DNA of 29,170 nucleotides, taken from IMG/VR virus record IMGVR_UViG_3300046003_005477, positions 1-29,170 of that record. One strand, written 5' to 3'. The translations under genes and the position numbers were made by a program. Shown in pieces: positions 16,925 to 23,989 of the stretch. The stretch's first letter is position 1, and each line of letters opens with the position of its first letter. Under the pieces are notes generated by a model. The model was not told the DNA's origin. It saw only the letters and a program-made list of their open reading frames with translations, and did not search any database. The DNA is from a virus (lineage: Duplodnaviria > Caudoviricetes).

Positions 16925-17034
16925 TCTTTTGGGGTGGTGTGAAAATAAACGAAGAAATATTGAAAAGCGTGTTGACGGAATCAAAAGGAAAGGGTATCTC
17001 TATTCACGTAAGCGAAAGCGAACCCCAAAACAAA

Positions 17035-17310
17035 ATGACAACCACAATCGAAATCGGAACTCAGGTCGAAAGAATCGCCAGTGACTACACCAACGGACGC
17101 AAGGGCGAGGTGATCGAAATCAACGAAGGCCGCGCCCGCGTCGCTTGGAGCGACTCACCCCGCACATGGGTGAAGTTCTCAGCCCTCAAGGTGATCGACC
17201 AAAAAGTGATCGCCGGGCCATGGAGCGAAACCCCAAACATGAAGAGCCACAAAGCAGCCCGCACCGTGACTCTCGCAGACGGAACCACCTACCGGGAATA
17301 TCGGAAATGA
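17035..17310 (+). CDS. cassette 2.1: SH3/KOW-like small protein
   Basis: IEIGTQVER...GEVIEI...ARVAW...TWVKFSALKV; TTGACG-17 nt-TATCTC upstream. Confidence 0.65.
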   Translation: MTTTIEIGTQVERIASDYTNGRKGEVIEINEGRARVAWSDSPRTWVKFSALKVIDQKVIAGPWSETPNMKSHKAARTVTLADGTTYREYRK

Positions 17311-17483
17311 AACCAACAAGAGGAGGCCCCCGAAAGGGGGCCGGGCGGAAGCCGACAGGCCGCACCGTCACAACGTCCAGCATCAACCTACCGCCCGAGC
17401 TATGGGACAAGCTGGATGCACTACGCGGGGAACTCACGCGCTCGGCATGGATCGCCGCCAAGATCAAGAATGCACGACTCTGA
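17307..17483 (+). CDS. cassette 2.1: ribbon-helix-helix (CopG-like) protein
   Basis: RGGPRKGAGRKP...SINLPPELWDKLD...RSAWI; ATGA overlap. Confidence 0.75.
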   Translation: MKPTRGGPRKGAGRKPTGRTVTTSSINLPPELWDKLDALRGELTRSAWIAAKIKNARL

Positions 17484-17489
17484 ATATCT

Positions 17490-17513
17490 GCTGAACAGTT
17501 AATTAAGCCGACC
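17490..17513 (-). other. attI-2 (array 2)
   Basis: Minus strand TAATTAACT-GTTCAGC shares 13 bp with attI-1; its R box is complementary to R'' of attC 2.1. Confidence 0.75.
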
Positions 17514-17560
17514 AGGCCGCGAATAACTACACCCCAAAAACCGCTACTCAAACGAACACA

Positions 17561-17745
17561 GTGCAATGGTGCAATATTGGTGCAATTTTTAGTGCAATAT
17601 TGCACCCCCGCCGGGTAGGTGCAATGCCCTTGGTGCAATGGTGCAATATTCCCCCCTCTTTAGAGGGGAATTGCACTATTGCAAATTGCACTACCGGCGA
17701 CAGCATCGGAAATGCTGGAAATTAGTTAGAACGAAAACATTGCAC
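17561..17745. repeat. iteron-like cluster, putative replication origin
   Basis: Seven GTGCAAT and four inverted ATTGCAC copies around a CCCCTCT / AGAGGGG hairpin in non-coding DNA. Confidence 0.65.
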
Positions 17746-18081
17746 TGCACCAACTCTCGACAACTCTCCACAACTCTCCACGACTCGACAAACCGACCAT
17801 GACCACCGGAATCCACATCATCCCGACCAACTCGACGGACCACAGAGATCCCCGCTGTTTGCGTCAGGATCAACGTGGCGGGCGTTTCGCGGATCTTGTG
17901 GGCGTCGGTGCCAAATCGGACTGGCTGACTCCGAAATCGATCCTAGAGATATTCAAACAAGCGTTTGAATATTGTCGCATCGTCGGATCATGATTCAAAA
18001 ATATGAATCCCCTCGCGCGCGCGGGTGCGGACGCGAAAATCCGTTCTTGCCTAAAAACTACATTTGCAAGTAATTTGCGTT

Positions 18082-18480
18082 ATGGACCTGATTGAAGCAA
18101 TCAACTCAAAACTCCCCGAAGGCCGCCGACCGATCACCAGCCTCTCGCACCCAGGAGAGATCAACCGACAGATTGCCGAGGTGCTCGCCGAAACCGTTTC
18201 GAGTGCCGAAGTAGGGGAGACGATTAAAAGTTTGCTCACGGCTGACAAGCGAACGAAGGAAGGCGGCTACGAACCAGACTGGCGCGCCCGTGAAGCCGGC
18301 GCAAAGCTCTGGCTCGCGTATCAGGTCGGCCTGCCCGTCCAACGCCAAGAGATCCACCAGACGATCACCACGCGCTCCGAGGAGGAGAACATGAAGACGC
18401 TGGCGAGTCCGGCGATGCTCGCGGCGATGAAAAGCTTGATTGCGAAGGCTGAAAATGTTCCACAGGATTCCGGAAAATAA
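18082..18480 (+). CDS. probable terminase small subunit
   Basis: Helical ORF (PDWRAREAGAKLWLAY) upstream of terL; the call rests mainly on position. Confidence 0.5.
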   Translation: MDLIEAINSKLPEGRRPITSLSHPGEINRQIAEVLAETVSSAEVGETIKSLLTADKRTKEGGYEPDWRAREAGAKLWLAYQVGLPVQRQEIHQTITTRSEEENMKTLASPAMLAAMKSLIAKAENVPQDSGK

Positions 18481-18673
18481 GCCCGTGGAACAATGTTAGA
18501 CGCTGGTTTTATGAAATTAGATAGACGAAAAGCCCGTGGAACGCCCTAAGCAGTAGGGCTAGAGCGTGGAACACCGATTCCGTATTATGTTTATTATTAC
18601 AAGTACTGAGGTTTTTCAGGGATTTTAGCGCGATTCTCTTGACGAAACATCAAGACCGTGAATCTTCGCGTTC

Positions 18674-19249
18674 ATGCACATCAAAAACATCGACGAGACA
18701 TTTCCCGCCCCCGGCTATTTCCGACTTTGCAACGACGACGGAGAGTTCCGCGTGCTCGATGCCACTGGCCGCCGCTATCGCTTACGGCCTGAGTCTGGCA
18801 CTCCTGTTGTCGGAGTCGCCGCCACTGGCACGATCAACCCTGCTGGCGCAGACAACTCGATCCTCTACACCGCCATCACCGCAGGTGCCGCAGGCAACGG
18901 GATCACGATCACCTACCTCATCAGCGGCGTCGGCTCTGCCGTCCTCACCGTTGTCACCACTGACCGCAACATCGTCGTCACTGCTGGCAGCGCGACTATC
19001 GCCTCCGCTGTCGTCACGGCCGTCAATGCTGATGCGACTGCCGCCGCTCTCGTCCTAGCTGCCGCGTCCGGCACCGTCACCGGCGCAATCGCTGCCGTGG
19101 CCGCAACCAACCTCACCGGAGGCGTCAATGCCACCACCGCGAGCAAGGGCGACCAGATGATTGATGGCGACTACCTCTACACCGCTACTGCCAACGTCGC
19201 CATCAGCTCCACCTCGGGCTGGGAAAAATCCGCCGTAGCTGCGGTCTAA
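18674..19249 (+). CDS. Ala/Thr-rich virion structural protein
   Basis: AGAAGNGITITY...TNLTGG resembles sheath/decoration-type domains. Confidence 0.6.
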   Translation: MHIKNIDETFPAPGYFRLCNDDGEFRVLDATGRRYRLRPESGTPVVGVAATGTINPAGADNSILYTAITAGAAGNGITITYLISGVGSAVLTVVTTDRNIVVTAGSATIASAVVTAVNADATAAALVLAAASGTVTGAIAAVAATNLTGGVNATTASKGDQMIDGDYLYTATANVAISSTSGWEKSAVAAV

Positions 19250-19351
19250 TGATAATTCTCCAGCGGTCCGCGCTGGCTGTCAGGTGAGTTGTTACACCTG
19301 ACAGGCTCATACACTCAGACCCGGCGAGAGCGGACACCGGGAAATTTTCTT

Positions 19352-19498
19352 ATGGATGCACCCGAATACATCACCGCGTTGGCCGAGGACATCAAAGAGA
19401 CGATCGACGCCTATCGCGTCACTCATGGCCTAACGCTCGCCTCGGTTGTAGGTGTTCTGGAGGTGGTCAAGGTGGAGTTGATGCAGGAGGCGGAGTGA
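19352..19498 (+). CDS. small hypothetical protein
   Basis: LTLASVVGVLEVVKVEL; overlaps the terL start. Confidence 0.55.
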   Translation: MDAPEYITALAEDIKETIDAYRVTHGLTLASVVGVLEVVKVELMQEAE

Positions 19499-21237
19499 TG
19501 GACATCGCCGAGCTTATCAAGGAAGCCGCTAAGTGGGACACCGCCGCTTGGATGGAGACAGGCGGGAAGATCGCCGATGACTCAGGCAACATCGTTAGCC
19601 CAACATGCAACGAGTTCCAACGGGACGTTAGCGACATCATCAAGTGGTGCCACGAGAACGAGCGTCCATGCCGAATGATTATTCTCAAGCCTCGACGCAA
19701 AGGAAGCTCAACCGTTTCAGTGGGTGCTGGATACACGCGATTGCAGGCACAGCGCGCAACAGGGTGCATAGCGGGTGGATCACACTACCAAGGCGGCAAA
19801 CTGTTCGACATGCTCAAGATCTACGCGAACAACGACACGATCAACCCGAAGACGTGCAAGGTGCAGGACATGGTGGCGCGATTCAACAATGGATCGAGCA
19901 TGGACCGGATGACGCTTGCCAACGCTGCGGCTGGTCGATCAGGTGGCTATCAGTTCCTCGTCGTTACGGAAATGGCCTTGCTGTCAAACGAAGGCGTCGC
20001 CAATGCCCCGGAAGTGGTGAGCGGCCTACTGAAGACGGTGAAGTTTCTGCCGGATACCATCGTTATCCTTGAATCCACGGCATCCGGCGCATCCGGCGAC
20101 TACTACGACCGGTATCAGCGGGCGATCACGTTCGAGGAATTCAAGGCCGGACAGAACGGTTACATCAAAGTGTTCTATCCGTGGTTCTCATTCAGGGACT
20201 CGCGCACCGATCCAGCAGGCGAGGCGATTACTAGCCCTGCCGACTACACCAGCTTCGAGAAGGAATATGCGGAGAAGTGGGAGCTGGATCTATGGCAGAT
20301 GGCATGGATGCGGATGACTCTGCGTGACGAGTGTAATGGAAACTTCGACAAGTTTCAGGAAGACTACCCAAGCGACGAGTTCAGCGCATTCCTTCGTTCA
20401 GGCCGTGGCCGCTTCAGTATCGAAGGACTCGCATACCAGGACAAGCGCGCTCGCGAGAATCCGCGTGAGTTCGGAGTGCTGGAGTATCGCCCCGGACCTG
20501 ACCGCGTGCAATGGGTGGCGACGACCGAGCAGCAAGCGCGGGTGGTTCGATGGGAGCAGCCGCGAATCGGATGCCGGTATCTCATGGCGATTGACCCGAT
20601 GACCGGTGCCAGTCAGACAGGCGGCGATGACCCCGACAGCCATGCGGTGTTTGTGCTGCGTGCCGGATTCTTGCAGCACGGCGTGTGGAATGAGCCGGCG
20701 GTAGTCATGCGGAATATGCTCCATGCGGACGGGCAGAGGTTTGGCGATTGGTGTGACATCGACGTGCTCGAAGAAGAAGTCTGGCGGATGGCGCGCCACT
20801 GGCAGGCGTTGATCGTTCCCGAAATGAACATGGACAGAGGGTTGGTCGAGCTGCTGAAGCTGCGTGGCGACGTGGATATTTATCAACGCGAGATGTTCAA
20901 CCGGCGCGAGCAGACGAAGACGACGGCACTCGGATGGATGACAGATCTGCGGACGCGACCGATGGTGATCGAAGGACTGGCACGGATGATCCGGGAGGCA
21001 GGCCGGGGGCAGGTGAACGAAGGCATCGAGATCCGTTGTCCATGGGCGATCAAGGAGTTGCGGAATTTCATCGTGAAGCCGAATGGGCGGAGCGAGGCAG
21101 CGACGGGGCATCACGATGATGCCGTGCTTGCGCTTGGATTTGGAAGCTATTGCCTGGACTCAGCGATTCCTTATCAGGAGCGGGTGAGGGAGTCGTATAT
21201 GCAGCGGGCGGCGGTGAAGAGAAATCAATGGTCATGA
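19495..21237 (+). CDS. terL: terminase large subunit
   Basis: IILKPRRKGSST Walker A, ILESTASG coupling motif, MAIDP and HHDDAVLA nuclease motifs. Confidence 0.9.
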   Translation: MMDIAELIKEAAKWDTAAWMETGGKIADDSGNIVSPTCNEFQRDVSDIIKWCHENERPCRMIILKPRRKGSSTVSVGAGYTRLQAQRATGCIAGGSHYQGGKLFDMLKIYANNDTINPKTCKVQDMVARFNNGSSMDRMTLANAAAGRSGGYQFLVVTEMALLSNEGVANAPEVVSGLLKTVKFLPDTIVILESTASGASGDYYDRYQRAITFEEFKAGQNGYIKVFYPWFSFRDSRTDPAGEAITSPADYTSFEKEYAEKWELDLWQMAWMRMTLRDECNGNFDKFQEDYPSDEFSAFLRSGRGRFSIEGLAYQDKRARENPREFGVLEYRPGPDRVQWVATTEQQARVVRWEQPRIGCRYLMAIDPMTGASQTGGDDPDSHAVFVLRAGFLQHGVWNEPAVVMRNMLHADGQRFGDWCDIDVLEEEVWRMARHWQALIVPEMNMDRGLVELLKLRGDVDIYQREMFNRREQTKTTALGWMTDLRTRPMVIEGLARMIREAGRGQVNEGIEIRCPWAIKELRNFIVKPNGRSEAATGHHDDAVLALGFGSYCLDSAIPYQERVRESYMQRAAVKRNQWS

Positions 21238-21596
21238 GAAGCGTTCGGAAGAAACTCACCCGGAAGGATTTAAAAGAACTCCCACTCCGCCCATACCCCG
21301 GCATGGTGTTCGTCACCAAGAGTCGGAAGGCGTTCGAGCGTGCAGCGATGGAGTTGTTTGGGCGCGAAGAAGACCTCAGCGGGAAAGCCGGGAGGTTTCT
21401 TATGGAGCCGTCATGGTATCATCCGCACACGTCGCTGGTCTGGTATTCGAGCCATGCGGTATTGGCGCACGAGCTGGCGCATGTGATCTTCGGTATCTTT
21501 GACGCAGTAGGGATTCGCGCCGAAAGCGGGAACGAGGAGCCATTCTGCTATCTATTGTCGCAGTTGTTTATGGAGGCTACGGAGAAGAATGGTTGA
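21234..21596 (+). CDS. small HExxH (zincin-like) phage protein
   Basis: LAHELAHV...NEEPFCYLL. Confidence 0.7.
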   Translation: MRSVRKKLTRKDLKELPLRPYPGMVFVTKSRKAFERAAMELFGREEDLSGKAGRFLMEPSWYHPHTSLVWYSSHAVLAHELAHVIFGIFDAVGIRAESGNEEPFCYLLSQLFMEATEKNG

Positions 21597-21626
21597 CATC
21601 CACCACGACGAAACGTAAAGACGTTC

Positions 21627-21700
21627 AGCGCGGGTGACGAAAGGCTAGTCGGGACTCTCATACGGTTCATTACTCGGTTCGATTCCGAGTCGCGCAACCA
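21627..21700 (+). tRNA. tRNA with CAT anticodon (Met, or Ile2), atypical
   Basis: Anticodon loop CT-CAT-AC, T-arm CTCGG-TTCGATT-CCGAG, 3' ACCA, 1:72 mismatch; TTGACA-17 nt-TAAAGA promoter at 21593. Confidence 0.75.
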
Positions 21701-21774
21701 AAAGGGCTTGTCGTTTGATTGCACTGTATTTGGCAGCAACCGATTCTGATTTCAAGCGACTCGCCCACCAAATA

Positions 21775-21852
21775 CCCAGAATAGCTCAGCAATGAGAGAG
21801 CGGCGGAATTCTAAACCGCAGGTCGTCGGTGCAATCCCGACTTCTGGTCCCA
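21775..21852 (+). tRNA. tRNA-Arg (TCT), atypical
   Basis: D-stem GCTC/GAGC, anticodon arm GCGG..TCT..CCGC, T-arm GTCGG-TGCAATC-CCGAC, encoded CCA. Confidence 0.7.
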
Positions 21853-21887
21853 TTTTTAGCAACAGCGGGAAGCCCCGCAACCATAAT

Positions 21888-22315
21888 GGGCCACTTCCGG
21901 TTTCGACAGAACAGAAGGCCCTCACGATAGCATGCAGAGGTTGATCGGTTGGCCTCTTAAAAGCCGATCACGAATCCAAATGGCAAACATCAGTTCGCCC
22001 CGACCGTCGCAGAAGCCGACGCCATCCTTGCCCGTTTCGGTTATGCCGAAGCTGGTGAACTGGCCGCAGCCTAAGCCTCGGAAGGTAACGGTCCCCGGAA
22101 TGATCCGATAACTGGGAGACTTCAAAGCGGATCAAAAGACAGTCTGAGTCCTGCCGATGATTCAGTGGTGGAGGCTATTGGAAGAATCGAAAGATGAAGC
22201 CAGTCGCCCTCAAGGACTCCGGCCGCCTTGTAAAATCCGGGTTGGAGATAAGCATGTTTGAAGTTGTGAGGAGAATCAGTTCTGGACAGGGGTTCGACTC
22301 CCCTGTGGTCCACCA
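21888..22315 (+). ncRNA. ssrA: phage-encoded tmRNA
   Basis: Acceptor GGGCCAC / GTGGTCC-ACCA with G3:U70, 5' TTCGAC, T-arm AGGGG-TTCGACT-CCCCT, internal frame ending ELAAA-stop (22074). Confidence 0.9.
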
Positions 22316-22356
22316 TTTTTCTTGACGAAACGTAAAGTTCATGAATCGTCACAGGC

Positions 22357-23922
22357 ATGGCAGCCAAGGACGAAGACATTGGAGGAGTGGGGCAACGCGC
22401 AGCAGGAGCCGTTGCGGCGAACAAGCTGGAGATTGTTGAGGGCTATCCAGGCAAGGAGAAGAAGAAGGAGGAAAAGAAGAAGAAAGGTGCCGTGAATCAG
22501 ATCCAGCCGCCGACCGATGACGGAGTGGTGAAAGATCCGAAACTCTACGCGAAAGCCCGCGCCAAGCAGTCGATGTTTTCAGGCTCCGGGCGTGTGATTA
22601 CGCCGGGGAAAGACGGCAACGACCGCTTCCAAGGCCGGTATCAGATGGGCCGTTTTGCAGGCAAGACGCCGGAAGAGGCGGATGAGATTTTTGAAAGGAC
22701 ATACGAAAAAGCCACCCCCGCCCAGCGCGAGGTGTATGCGAAGAAGGCCGACCCCGGCGCAGGCATGGCCCCGAGCGAACGAGCGAAGCAGTTGAAGCTG
22801 CAACGGGACAAGGAGGCGAAGGAGAATCCGGTTCCGCAGGCGAATGCGAAGGACGAGAAACCCGCCCCCGGCGCTGACTTCGAGAAGCTCACCGTATCCC
22901 GCCCACACAATTTCAACATGGATGCCTCGGGACTGGCCACCGGTCCTGATGGGAAGATCAACGCGATTGGCGATGGATCTACGAAGGATGGGAAGTGGAT
23001 TGCTGCACTTGGAAACGACGCAAGCCCGTTTGCCGCGATGGACGCGAATCCATACTCCCAAGCCGCGAAAGACGTTGCGAAAAATCAAGCCCTCGCCACC
23101 GAAAACACGGCACGAGAAAAGGCGACAGCCGAAAGGACCGCCCAGATGAAGAGCCAAGGTCAGGCCGCCGCCGTAGGACTTGGGGTCCAACCTGCTCCGA
23201 CTGTCGGACCGCCAGCATTTGTCGGACCGCCAGCTTCAGCAATGAATCCCGCGCCCAACGTCCAGCCCAACGTCCAGCCCGCCGCTGCCGCAGTTACATC
23301 TGCCGCTACTCCCTCCGCACCCCCGTTCGTCGGACCACCCGCCCCCGCCCCCGCCCCCGATAGCAAATACGATTTTGAACCCGGCGAAGGCAAAGAACTC
23401 ACAGGCATGGTCGGAGGCCGCAAGACCTACACCAAGGCTGACACGTTGTATGGCGCAGCGAAGCCGCCGATGGCAGCACCGTCGCTTGACGCCATGCGCG
23501 CCGACTACCAAGCCCGCAACCAGAACGTCGCTGCCGCCGACCGCGCCTTGCCGTCGTCACTGAGAACCCCGACGGCACCAACTCCCGCCGCTCTCCCGAT
23601 GCGCGGACCCGCCAGCCAACCAGCGGCCGTCACCGCGCCACGCGCAATCGTGAAGCCGAACCAAGACGTGATGAATCAGCACGCCTCTGCCATGGAACGC
23701 CAGCACGCTTACGGCGCAGATCCGGCACTGGCCAAGGAAACGCAAGGGATCTTCAACAATGCCGACGTGAACACCCGGAACGCCATCGGCGGTCAGGTGG
23801 CACTCCGGGCGCAGGGGATTGACAAGCCGGCCATTCAGAAGCCGCAACCAGTCTCCCAGCGCGTAGTCGCCCAACGTCCGGCCACGCCGGAGGAACTGCG
23901 GACCGGTAAAGCGAGAATTTAA
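22357..23922 (+). CDS. Pro/Ala-rich putative internal virion protein
   Basis: 521 aa low-complexity ORF preceding the giant gene. Confidence 0.7.
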   Translation: MAAKDEDIGGVGQRAAGAVAANKLEIVEGYPGKEKKKEEKKKKGAVNQIQPPTDDGVVKDPKLYAKARAKQSMFSGSGRVITPGKDGNDRFQGRYQMGRFAGKTPEEADEIFERTYEKATPAQREVYAKKADPGAGMAPSERAKQLKLQRDKEAKENPVPQANAKDEKPAPGADFEKLTVSRPHNFNMDASGLATGPDGKINAIGDGSTKDGKWIAALGNDASPFAAMDANPYSQAAKDVAKNQALATENTAREKATAERTAQMKSQGQAAAVGLGVQPAPTVGPPAFVGPPASAMNPAPNVQPNVQPAAAAVTSAATPSAPPFVGPPAPAPAPDSKYDFEPGEGKELTGMVGGRKTYTKADTLYGAAKPPMAAPSLDAMRADYQARNQNVAAADRALPSSLRTPTAPTPAALPMRGPASQPAAVTAPRAIVKPNQDVMNQHASAMERQHAYGADPALAKETQGIFNNADVNTRNAIGGQVALRAQGIDKPAIQKPQPVSQRVVAQRPATPEELRTGKARI

Positions 23923-23989
23923 TAACGGGCATCCCCGATAGGATGCAAACGACCGCCGGTGGATTCCGGCACCAACTCAATGAACACTC

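Noticed and set aside
21775-21852. Amber suppressor tRNA (CTA appears in the loop)
   Set aside because: The symmetry of the GCGG/CCGC stem centres TCT as the anticodon, and cassette genes use TAG as a stop
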